DNA of 64,000 nt from Candidatus Micrarchaeota archaeon (GTDB taxonomy: Archaea; Micrarchaeota; Micrarchaeia; Anstonellales; Anstonellaceae): contig JAGVWK010000001.1 in the NCBI GenBank assembly GCA_018304295.1, positions 11,134 through 75,133 of the forward strand, read 5' to 3'. Shown one piece after another: positions 18,578 to 27,276 of this stretch (position 1 is the first letter of the stretch; every line of letters begins with the position of its first letter). A program made the translations under genes and the position numbers. Below the pieces are notes generated by a model. The model searched no databases. It saw only the letters and a program-made list of their open reading frames with translations, and was not told the DNA's origin.

Positions 18578-21500
18578 ATGGAAAACGGGGCGTTGGGCGG
18601 GTATTTTGAGCAGCTCAAAAAAGAAAGCGAGCGCGCATATAAGATAGCCGAGGCTGCGCGCGGGAAAATGCTTGACCCCCAGCCGTTCGTGGAGATAATA
18701 CCAACAAAGGACGTTGCCGAGCGGGTGGAGGGAATTGTGGGGCCAAAGGGGATAGGCGCGCTCATAAAAAAGCTTGAAAGCGAGGGCAAGGCGCGCGACA
18801 TAGTTGCAAACGAGATAGTGAAAAAAATAATCACGCGTGAATTTGACTGCAAAATAGAGGATAGGGCAAAGCTCATTGAACAGGCCGTGCGCACCGGGGT
18901 GGGGATAGTAACAGAGGGCGTGCTTGTGGCGCCCACCGAAGGCATAGAAAAGGTTGAGATAAACCAGAACCCAGACGGCAGCGACTACGTATCAATATTT
19001 TTCGCAGGGCCCATACGCTCCGCAGGGGGCACTGTGGCTGCGCTTGCGGTGGTGTTTGCGGACGTTGCGCGCGTGCATTTTGGCATAGGCAACTACCGCC
19101 CCACCGACACCGAATGCGAGAGGTACCTTGAGGAGATAATACTTTACGACGCAAGGAAGGCGAGGCTGCAATACAAGCCCACCGACACCGAGGTAAAATA
19201 CCTTGTAAAGAACTGCCCCGTGTGCGTGGACGGCGCGCCAACAGAAGAGTTTGAGGTGTCCGCGTATAGGGATTTGCCGCGCATAAAGAGCAATTTCGTT
19301 AGGGGCGGGATAGGGCTTGTGCTGTGCGAGGGCATTGCACAAAAGGCAGCAAAAGTGCTCAAATACACGAAAAAAATATCCCTTGACTGGACGTGGCTTG
19401 AGCCGCTTGTAAAGGTGGGCAAAAAAGAGGGGGCGGGCGGCTTTGAGCTTAAGCCAAACGACAAATACCTTGACGACATTGTGGCAGGCAGGCCGATTTT
19501 TTCGTATCCAATGAGGCCGGGCGGCTTTAGGCTGCGATATGGAAGGTGCCGCAACAGCGGCATAATGGGAAAGGGGGTGCACCCTGCAACAATGCACATA
19601 TTGGACGATTTTCTTGCAATAGGGACGCAGATGAAAGTTGAGCGGCCGGGAAAAGGCTGCGTTGTCGCCCCGTGCACAAGCATACTTGGGCCGGTTGTGA
19701 AGCTTAAGGACGGCTCTGTTGTGGATGTGCAAAGCTCATCCCTTGCGCAGCAGCTTGCCCCGCAGGTGGAGGAGATACTTTTCATTGGGGATTTGCTTGT
19801 TTCTTACGGGGATTTTTCAAAGGCAAACCACCCGCTCGTGCCGGGCGCATGGTGCGAGGAGTGGTTTGAAAAAATCGCAAAAAGCAAGGGGCTTGTGCCC
19901 AAAAAGGGCATGAGCGCCGGGGAGGCAATAAAATTCTCCCGAAGCAGCGGCATTCCCCTGCACCCCAGATACACTTTCTTCTGGCACGACATAAAGGCGG
20001 CACAGCTGCGCGAACTTGCGCAGTGGATGTGCAACGCAAAATTGCACGCTGGCATACTGAAGCTGGATTATGCAACTGTTGAGCATTCGCCCGCAAAAAG
20101 GGTGCTTGAGCTTTTGTGCGTGCCGCACGGGATAGAAAAGGGCAACATAAGGATAGAGGGGGAGGCCGCGTTTGCGCTGTTGAAGTGCATAGGGATACTT
20201 GTTGATGCGCGCCTCACAATGGAAAAATTTGATGCGGTTTTTGACGCGCAAAAAAGCACGCTTGAGAATTTGAGGGCATTAAGCGGAATTGAAGTAATGC
20301 CAAAGGCGCCAACCTACGTTGGAAGCAGGATGGCAAGGCCTGAGAAAGCAAAGGAAAGGGCAATGAAACCGCCCGTGCACTCGCTTTTCCCGGTCGGGAT
20401 GGCTGAAAAAAACAGGAGCATAACAAGGCTTTATGGAAAAATGAAGGGCCAGCAAAAAAGCGAGGGAAGCGGCATTGAGGTGGAAATTTCAAGGATGAGG
20501 TGCCGCTCATGCAGCAAGATAATATTTTCAAGCAAGTGCGGCTGCGGGGGGATTGCGCAACAGGCTCATTATTGCTTCCGCTGCGCAAAAGAGGTGAATT
20601 TTGAAACATGCCCCTCGTGCAAGGGCGCAGCAAAGCAGTTTGACAAGCGCAGCATTGATTTGGTTGGCGCGTTTGACGAGGCAAGAACAAAGTGCGGCGC
20701 GGATTTTTTGGCGGTTGAGGTAAAGGGGGTGAGGGGGCTCACAAGCGTTTCAAAGATGCCTGAGAACCTGCAAAAAGGGATTTTGCGCGCAAAGCACGGC
20801 ATTACTATGTTCCGCGACGGCACGTGCCGCTTTGATTCCACAAACATGCCCCTGACTCATTTTAGGCCAAGGGAGATAGGCGTTGGGGTGGAAAAGCTGC
20901 GCCATCTTGGGTATTTGGCGGACGTTTTCGGGAAGCCCCTTGAAAAGGATGAGCAGGTGCTGGAGCTTAAATGCCAAGACGTATTGATTGCGCAAAGGGG
21001 CGCGGAATTTTTCCTTAAAGTCGGCGCGTTTGTTGATGAGCTTCTTGTGTGCACGTACGGGCTAAGGCCGTATTACAATTTCAAAACAAAAGACGATTTG
21101 GTTGGGCAGGCGGTGATAGGGCTTTCCCCGCACACTTCCGCAGGCGTGCTCTCGCGCATTATAGGCTTCACAAAGGCGCGCGTGGGATATGCGCACCCGT
21201 ATTTCCATTGCGCAAAAAGGAGGAACACCGACGGAGACGAGGATTCGCTCATACTCATGATGGATGCGTTGCTGAATTTTTCAAAAAAATACCTTCCCGC
21301 GGGCAACGGCGGCACAATGGACGCGCCCCTTGTGCTCACATTGCAAATAGACCCTTCGGAAATAGACGACGAGGCGCACGTGATGGAGATATGCGACTCC
21401 TACGGGCTGGAGTTCTACGAGGCTGCAAGCAGGTATGCAAGCACTTCGGAAGTGAAAATAAAAAGGGTAAAGGACGTGCTTGGCACCGGCGCGCAGTATT

Positions 21501-21973
21501 CGGGAATGATGTTCACGCACGATACTGACGACATAAACGAGGGGCCGCCGATAACCGCATACGTGCAGTTCACGGACATGGGGGAAAAGGTGGCTGCGCA
21601 GCTTGAGCTTGAAAACGCGCTTCGGTGCGTGGATGCAAAGGACGTTGCGGAAAGGATACTTCTCTCGCACTTTTTGCCGGACTTGTACGGGAACCTGCGC
21701 TCATTTTCGCGCCAGGTATTCCGCTGCGTGGGGTGCAATGCAAAATACCGCCGCGTGCCCCTTGTGGGCAAATGCACAAAATGCGGGGGCAAGCTGCTTC
21801 TCACGATAAACAAGGGCGGCATAAAAAAATACCTTGAAATGTCAATGGGGCTTGTTGAGAAATACTCGCTGCCTGACTACCTCCGCCAGAGGCTGCTGCT
21901 GCTGCAAAAGGACATAGACTCGGTTTTTGAGGACGAGCAGCAGAAGCAGGTGGGCTTGGGCGACTTCATGTAG
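18578..21973 (+). CDS. polC: DNA polymerase II large subunit (PolD DP2, catalytic)
   Basis: 1131 aa with DP2-specific blocks throughout. Zinc-binding Cys clusters (CRSCSK...CGCG, CFRC...CPSC, CVGC...CTKCGG). No intein-sized insertion. Sits 12 nt after DP1. Confidence 0.95.
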   Translation: MENGALGGYFEQLKKESERAYKIAEAARGKMLDPQPFVEIIPTKDVAERVEGIVGPKGIGALIKKLESEGKARDIVANEIVKKIITREFDCKIEDRAKLIEQAVRTGVGIVTEGVLVAPTEGIEKVEINQNPDGSDYVSIFFAGPIRSAGGTVAALAVVFADVARVHFGIGNYRPTDTECERYLEEIILYDARKARLQYKPTDTEVKYLVKNCPVCVDGAPTEEFEVSAYRDLPRIKSNFVRGGIGLVLCEGIAQKAAKVLKYTKKISLDWTWLEPLVKVGKKEGAGGFELKPNDKYLDDIVAGRPIFSYPMRPGGFRLRYGRCRNSGIMGKGVHPATMHILDDFLAIGTQMKVERPGKGCVVAPCTSILGPVVKLKDGSVVDVQSSSLAQQLAPQVEEILFIGDLLVSYGDFSKANHPLVPGAWCEEWFEKIAKSKGLVPKKGMSAGEAIKFSRSSGIPLHPRYTFFWHDIKAAQLRELAQWMCNAKLHAGILKLDYATVEHSPAKRVLELLCVPHGIEKGNIRIEGEAAFALLKCIGILVDARLTMEKFDAVFDAQKSTLENLRALSGIEVMPKAPTYVGSRMARPEKAKERAMKPPVHSLFPVGMAEKNRSITRLYGKMKGQQKSEGSGIEVEISRMRCRSCSKIIFSSKCGCGGIAQQAHYCFRCAKEVNFETCPSCKGAAKQFDKRSIDLVGAFDEARTKCGADFLAVEVKGVRGLTSVSKMPENLQKGILRAKHGITMFRDGTCRFDSTNMPLTHFRPREIGVGVEKLRHLGYLADVFGKPLEKDEQVLELKCQDVLIAQRGAEFFLKVGAFVDELLVCTYGLRPYYNFKTKDDLVGQAVIGLSPHTSAGVLSRIIGFTKARVGYAHPYFHCAKRRNTDGDEDSLILMMDALLNFSKKYLPAGNGGTMDAPLVLTLQIDPSEIDDEAHVMEICDSYGLEFYEAASRYASTSEVKIKRVKDVLGTGAQYSGMMFTHDTDDINEGPPITAYVQFTDMGEKVAAQLELENALRCVDAKDVAERILLSHFLPDLYGNLRSFSRQVFRCVGCNAKYRRVPLVGKCTKCGGKLLLTINKGGIKKYLEMSMGLVEKYSLPDYLRQRLLLLQKDIDSVFEDEQQKQVGLGDFM

Positions 21974-22014
21974 GGGAATAGGCGTATTTTTAAACATGTC
22001 GTTTCAATACATAA

Positions 22015-22317
22015 ATGATAGGTGATATGATGGCTACTTTAAACAACTACCGCCTTGATGGCTATAGCAATTTTGTGCTGGAATTCGTTTACAAAAATGA
22101 CCTTGCAACTACAAAAAGCGATGCGCTGCGCATGGCAATAAGGAGATTTGCGGAATTCATAGGTGCTCCGAACGAAAACGAATATCTCCTAAAGGTTGCA
22201 GAGGAAAAAAAGGCGGCTGAGCTTGAAAGGGAATACAAGTTGGGCAAAGTGAAAACCATCCCGCTAAAGGAATTCCGCAAGGCGCATCCCGAATTCCAAA
22301 AATATGCGAAGGAATAA
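22015..22317 (+). CDS. Putative ribbon-helix-helix type antitoxin
   Basis: A 100-aa ORF directly upstream of a RelE/ParE-like toxin and abutting it (TAA then ATG). The TKSDALRMAIRRFAEF helix resembles RHH DNA-binding helices. Confidence 0.45.
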   Translation: MIGDMMATLNNYRLDGYSNFVLEFVYKNDLATTKSDALRMAIRRFAEFIGAPNENEYLLKVAEEKKAAELEREYKLGKVKTIPLKEFRKAHPEFQKYAKE

Positions 22318-22599
22318 ATGGCGATGTTTATGTGGGAACTCAAAGTAGCGGAAGAGTGGGAATACTGGTATTCCAAGCTTGATGGGAGCCTGCTGAGGAT
22401 TGTTGAGAAACGGATTTGCAGGCTGGAACAGGAGGGGCACTCCTACGAGCATCTTGGAAGCGGGCTGCAGTTTTTCAAAGACCAGTTCAACGGGCAGTAT
22501 AGAATATGCTTCCGTGAAGAGCAGAAGAGCAAAACAAGAATATTGCATTTTGTGGGCGACCACAAAAATTACGAGCACTGGCTTGGAATGCGCGGTTAA
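22318..22599 (+). CDS. RelE/ParE-family type II toxin
   Basis: A 93-aa protein whose C-terminal QYRICFREEQKSKTRILHFVGDHKNY fits the RelE/ParE YRIIY...IL.IGHRK core. Confidence 0.6.
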   Translation: MAMFMWELKVAEEWEYWYSKLDGSLLRIVEKRICRLEQEGHSYEHLGSGLQFFKDQFNGQYRICFREEQKSKTRILHFVGDHKNYEHWLGMRG

Positions 22600-22771
22600 G
22601 TGAACGGCCACGGGCTGAAAGCCTCTGTGGCTTCCGTTACGATGAGGCAAGTGCTTCAGGCGGCAAGCGTTTTGCCCAAGCAAAGCGGCGGGCAAGGCGC
22701 AACGCAGGATGGAAAAAAGGCGGTGCGCGTGGATTGCAAAATATTAAGAATATTGCATTCAAGAACGCACC

Positions 22772-23749
22772 ATGAAGGCGTTATTGCTTGACGGCTGCGG
22801 GTTTTCCAATGAAACGGCGGCAAAGCTTGCAAAAAAAAGGGTGTGGGCGGATTTTGGGGCTCACGAGGCGGATTTGCTTTCGGCTTTTGGGATTTCGGCG
22901 GAAGAGAGGCGCAAGAACGAGCAAAGGCAGTATCCCCGCTACATTGAGCATGAAAAGTTCACCTCAATTGTTTTCTTTGAGGCGCAGCCCCATTCGGAAA
23001 AGAGGAGGAGGCTGCATATTTACCTTGGGAAGGGCTTTGTGGCGACTGTCGGGTGCGAAAGCGAAATGGATGGGTTTTACCAGAATTACGTGAAAGAAAA
23101 GGGCATAAGCAGGCCTTCCTTTGAGGATGTTGTTTTCTACGTGCTTTCAAGCGCGGCGTACAAGAACAGCGAGATAATACAGACTTTTGAGGATGGCACA
23201 AACAGGCTGGAGGATGAGGCGCACCGGGAGCAGGGAAGCAAAAACCTCGGGGCGATTTTCTCCCTTAAGAGAAAGCTCGTGCGCTTCAACAAGTTTTTCT
23301 GGAGGCAGCGCGAGCTTGTTTTTGAGCTCAAAAGCAATCAGGTAGCATTCTTCCAGCCGGATGCGGTTATGAAAAGCAAACTGGACGAGCTTTTCAATTC
23401 CATCCTCTTTGACATAAATTCCATTGAAACTTTGCGCGAAATACTTTCGGACACGCTGGATTTGCACCATACGCTGATTTCAAACCGCATAAACAACTCC
23501 ATAAAGCGCCTTACGGTGATAACCGTCGTGCTTGCAATTGTTGCAACCGTGTCAGTGATACCAAACACGCTTGCAACAATATTCGGCATACCTTATTTCC
23601 CATGGAAAGCGGACGTGCCGGTGCTTGCATTCAACGGCGTTGACATTTACCCATGGGAGGCGATAATTTCGCTCATAGCCTTCTTTTCAATTGCTCCGGC
23701 AGTAATATTATTTTACTGGTGGAAAGGATATAGCAGAAACGAGCAGTAA
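22772..23749 (+). CDS. CorA-family divalent cation transporter-like protein (divergent, GIP instead of GMN)
   Basis: Long cytoplasmic coiled-coil domain, two C-terminal TM helices, and IFGIPYFPW at the position of the CorA YGMNF motif. Confidence 0.65.
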   Translation: MKALLLDGCGFSNETAAKLAKKRVWADFGAHEADLLSAFGISAEERRKNEQRQYPRYIEHEKFTSIVFFEAQPHSEKRRRLHIYLGKGFVATVGCESEMDGFYQNYVKEKGISRPSFEDVVFYVLSSAAYKNSEIIQTFEDGTNRLEDEAHREQGSKNLGAIFSLKRKLVRFNKFFWRQRELVFELKSNQVAFFQPDAVMKSKLDELFNSILFDINSIETLREILSDTLDLHHTLISNRINNSIKRLTVITVVLAIVATVSVIPNTLATIFGIPYFPWKADVPVLAFNGVDIYPWEAIISLIAFFSIAPAVILFYWWKGYSRNEQ

Positions 23750-23802
23750 TGCAAGGGCTGCCTGCCATGCAAGGCGATTGCGGCGGTGTTTGGATGTACA
23801 CA

Positions 23803-24315
23803 ATGAAAATACCAGTAGAGCGCATAGCGGTGCTCATAGGGAAAAACGGGCAGATGAAGGAGTATATTGAGAAAAAACTCAAGGTGAAAATTGAAGTTGA
23901 CGATGAGGGGGAAGTGACGCTTGAGGGCGAAAGCGTGGACGAGTTTTTTGGCAAAGACGTGATAAAGGCGATTGGAAGGGGTTTTGAGCCTTCCGTTGCG
24001 CTAAGGCTGCTTGATGACAATTATCTTTTGCGCATTGTGGATTTGCGCGACTACGTGAACAGGGAGTCAATGGCAAGGGTGAAGGGAAGGATTATAGGTG
24101 AAAAGGGAAAAACAAGGGAGATAATTGAGCAGGATGCGGAATGCTTTTTGAGCGTGTATGGGCACACGGTTGGAGTGATTGCAACCCTTGAGACAATGGA
24201 AATTGCATTAAGTGCCATTTTTAAGCTTATTGAAGGATTAAACCATTCAACAGTTTATGCATACCTTGAGAAAAACAGGCGACATCTTAAGGGCGAGCGC
24301 ATGAAAAAGCAATGA
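23803..24315 (+). CDS. KH-domain RNA-binding protein (Dim2/Pno1-like)
   Basis: Two KH-like GxxG blocks (IGKNGQ, IGEKGK). Trimmed to start at MKIPVERIAVLIGKNG. Confidence 0.7.
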   Translation: MKIPVERIAVLIGKNGQMKEYIEKKLKVKIEVDDEGEVTLEGESVDEFFGKDVIKAIGRGFEPSVALRLLDDNYLLRIVDLRDYVNRESMARVKGRIIGEKGKTREIIEQDAECFLSVYGHTVGVIATLETMEIALSAIFKLIEGLNHSTVYAYLEKNRRHLKGERMKKQ

Positions 24316-24324
24316 GGTAGTACA

Positions 24325-25956
24325 ATGCCTACGTCAACGGAAAAGATATTTAGCGAGTTTAAGGAGCATTCGGTAGCGGAATTTTTCAAAAAGAACAAGC
24401 AGATGCTCGGCTTTAGCGGCAAGACCCGCTCGCTCACAACAATAGTGCACGAATACGTTACCAATTCGCTGGATGCGTGCGAGGAAGCCGGAATGCTTGC
24501 GGACATAACCGTCAAAATAGACGAGATTGAAAAGGAAAAATACCGCGTTTCAATACAGGATAATGGGCCGGGCATTCCAAAAAAGCACATTGGAAAGGCG
24601 CTTGGGCAGATGCTTGCCGGCACAAAGTTCCACCGCTACATGCAGCAAAGGGGGCAGCAGGGCATAGGGGCTTCAGGCTGCACAATGTATGCGCAGATTA
24701 CAACCGGCAAGCCAATAAAGGCGGTTTCCTTTTATGACAAGAAGAAAATCTCATGCGAGGTTGCCGTGGACCTGAAGACAAATTCCCCGCGCGTGGAGAA
24801 CCTCATTGAGGAGGAGACGGACGGAAGCAAAAGCGGCATAATGGTGGAGGGGGAATTCGCGGACGTGAAATACGACAAAAGCTCCTTTGGGGTTTTTGAA
24901 TACATAAAAAGGACGGCAATGGCAAATCCCCACGCGCAATTCACTCTTGTGGAGCCTGATGGGCAAAGCGTAACATTCCCCCGCAGCATAGGGGAAGTGC
25001 CAAAAAAGGCGCATGCGGTGCTGCCCCACCCCCTTGGGATTGCAACAAACGATTTGCTTGATTTGGCGCACCGCGACGGCGAGAACTCAAAGATAGGCAC
25101 GTTTTTGCAAAACGGCTTTTCGCGCATAAGCGCCGCAAAGGTAAAGGAGCTCAAAGACATGCTCCCTGCGGTTGATTTTGAAAAGCCTCCAAAGGAGCTT
25201 GGCTGGGCGGATGCTGAGGCGCTCGTAAAGGCGTTCGCGCAGGTGAAATGGATTGCGCCCGAAACCGACTCTGTGATACCGATTGGCAGGGAGCAGATAG
25301 AAAAATCCCTTCAAAGCATACTTGCGCCGCAGTTTTTGGCGGTAACTGAGCGCCCCGTGAAAATATACAAGGGAGGGGTGCCTTTTGCTGTTGAGGTTGC
25401 GATTGCATATGGAGGGCATGCCGGCAGGCAGGTTGCAGAAAGGCACGCAGGAGACGTGATGCGCTTTGCAAACCGCGTCCCGCTTCTCTTTGACAGCTCA
25501 GGGTGCACAATAAGCGAGGCTGCAAAGGAAGTTGACTGGAAAAGGTATAACATAAAGAATTTTGAAGAGGAGCCGATAACGCTTTTCATAAACCTTGCAA
25601 GCGTATACGTCCCATACACAAGCGCTGGCAAGCAGGCAATCTCAAACGAGGAGGACGTGTTTGCGGAAATAAAATACGCGGTAATGGACGCGGCGCGCGA
25701 TTTGCAGAGGTATTTGTCGGGCATCACGCGCGAGCGCGACCGCAAGGAGAGGAGAAAGGCGATATTGCGCTATGTTGGGCAGTTCTCAAAGGACGTTGTG
25801 GATCTTGCGGGGGAAGGAAAGGCCGCAGAGCTTGAGAAAAAGCTCGTTAACCTCATTGAAACAAAATATTCCAGCCAGATAGAGGAGGATGAGGGCGAAA
25901 CTGGCGCGCCAAAGGAGAACGGGAATGCAAAGGAAGAGGAGGACATAGAAGAATAA
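24325..25956 (+). CDS. top6B: DNA topoisomerase VI subunit B
   Basis: GHKL ATPase Bergerat-fold motifs (EYVTNSLDA, IQDNGPGIP, GQQGIGASG) followed by a transducer domain. 543 aa. Confidence 0.9.
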   Translation: MPTSTEKIFSEFKEHSVAEFFKKNKQMLGFSGKTRSLTTIVHEYVTNSLDACEEAGMLADITVKIDEIEKEKYRVSIQDNGPGIPKKHIGKALGQMLAGTKFHRYMQQRGQQGIGASGCTMYAQITTGKPIKAVSFYDKKKISCEVAVDLKTNSPRVENLIEEETDGSKSGIMVEGEFADVKYDKSSFGVFEYIKRTAMANPHAQFTLVEPDGQSVTFPRSIGEVPKKAHAVLPHPLGIATNDLLDLAHRDGENSKIGTFLQNGFSRISAAKVKELKDMLPAVDFEKPPKELGWADAEALVKAFAQVKWIAPETDSVIPIGREQIEKSLQSILAPQFLAVTERPVKIYKGGVPFAVEVAIAYGGHAGRQVAERHAGDVMRFANRVPLLFDSSGCTISEAAKEVDWKRYNIKNFEEEPITLFINLASVYVPYTSAGKQAISNEEDVFAEIKYAVMDAARDLQRYLSGITRERDRKERRKAILRYVGQFSKDVVDLAGEGKAAELEKKLVNLIETKYSSQIEEDEGETGAPKENGNAKEEEDIEE

Positions 25957-26143
25957 GGTGAAACTTGGATAAGGTCAACCACCCACGCCTAAAGGCGTGG
26001 GCTTGTGATGCAGACTGGGTTGGCGATAACTGCCACGCCTTTACCCACGCTTGAAAGCGTGAGGCTTGGGGCGTGGGTGGTTGTGAAACTGGGATAAAGT
26101 AAAGCGTGGATAAAGTTAAACTGCTGGAAATCAGGGTGTAAAA
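25957..26143. repeat. Repeat- and palindrome-rich spacer between top6B and top6A
   Basis: CCCACGCC-TAAA-GGCGTGGG hairpin (25982-26001). A 14-bp long-range inverted repeat, CAACCACCCACGCC (25976-89) with GGCGTGGGTGGTTG (26070-83). CACGCT-TGAA-AGCGTG hairpin (26046-61). GGATAARGT occurs three times. GTGAAACTKGGATAARGT is a direct repeat (25957-75 and 26082-100). Confidence 0.85.
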
Positions 26144-27259
26144 ATGGCTAAGCGCAGCGTGAACTCATCAAAGGACGCATTTGCAAAGCTTGAGGGCTTG
26201 GGCAAAGGCATGATAAATGAGATTAATTCCGGTGAAACCCCTACTTTTTCAGCGTCGCTTCGCAGCAAGGGCAATGTTTTCTACGATGAAAGCGTGGGAT
26301 ACATACGCCTTGGGGACAAAATGGAAGAGCGCAGGTTCGTAAATGTAGGCCAAGCGCGAAAGTTCATGCAGACGGTTGCGATTGCAAACAAGTGCAAGAA
26401 GTTCCTCTCGGAAGGCGCGCACACTTCCATAAGAGGCCTGTTTTACCAGCTCAAATTCACCCTTGGAGAAGACCTTGACGAGGAGCTTTTTTCAGAGCAG
26501 TCCGAAAGCAACCCCCTTGTTGAGGACCTTGAGGTGTCCCTTGAGCTTAAGCGCGAGGATTTGAATCTGAATACGGACAGAAAAGGGGTCGTTGCAGGCC
26601 CCCTTGTGCTAAAGGACAAGTTCGGCGGGGATGAGACTGAGATAGACTGCACAAAGCAGGGAAGGAGCGGCTGGATGATTCCTTCCGACGTTGACAATGG
26701 AATGGATTTTGTTAGTGTTGACGCGGATTATGTGCTAGTAGTTGAAAAGGACGCTATGTGGCAGAGGCTTAACGAGGACAAATTCTGGAGAAAGGAGAAC
26801 TGCATTCTCATCACTCCAAAGGGGCAGTCCTCGCGCGGCTGCAGGCGGCTGATAAAGAGGCTTGCAAACAAGAAGCTGCCCGTATACGTATTCACAGACT
26901 GCGACGCATGGGGATGGTATATTTACTGGGCGATAAAGACAGGCAGCATGAACCTTGCATACCTTGCAAACGACATTGCAACGCCGGAGGCAAGATTTGT
27001 GGGCGTTACAATGCAGGACATAAAGGACTATGACTTTTTGGGCTCTCTCACAATACGCGCAAAGGACGTTGACATAAAGCGCGCGGAAGAGATGCTCGGG
27101 TATGAGTGGATTTCGCGCCACAAGGAATGGGTGGATGAGCTGAAAACAGTGCTTTCCACGAAAAAGAAAATTGAGCAGGACGCGCTGCAAGGGCCAAGGC
27201 TTTCTTTTGTAGGGGAATATTTGCGCGAGAAAATTTCCAAAAAGAAATTTTTGCCTTAA
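26144..27259 (+). CDS. top6A: DNA topoisomerase VI subunit A (Spo11 homolog)
   Basis: Winged-helix 5Y-CAP region with the active-site Tyr context (GLFYQLKF), and a Toprim domain (VLVVEKDA..., FTDCDAWGW). Confidence 0.9.
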   Translation: MAKRSVNSSKDAFAKLEGLGKGMINEINSGETPTFSASLRSKGNVFYDESVGYIRLGDKMEERRFVNVGQARKFMQTVAIANKCKKFLSEGAHTSIRGLFYQLKFTLGEDLDEELFSEQSESNPLVEDLEVSLELKREDLNLNTDRKGVVAGPLVLKDKFGGDETEIDCTKQGRSGWMIPSDVDNGMDFVSVDADYVLVVEKDAMWQRLNEDKFWRKENCILITPKGQSSRGCRRLIKRLANKKLPVYVFTDCDAWGWYIYWAIKTGSMNLAYLANDIATPEARFVGVTMQDIKDYDFLGSLTIRAKDVDIKRAEEMLGYEWISRHKEWVDELKTVLSTKKKIEQDALQGPRLSFVGEYLREKISKKKFLP

Positions 27260-27276
27260 TTCTGAGGCGGCAATGA

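Noticed and set aside
18578-21973. Intein in PolD large subunit.
   Set aside because: At 1131 aa the length is typical for an intein-free DP2, and conserved blocks are contiguous.
25957-26143. Possible CRISPR array, considered because of the repeated GCGTGGG-type units.
   Set aside because: The units are short and irregularly spaced, some are inverted rather than direct, and there are no uniform spacers. No cas genes were found in the window.
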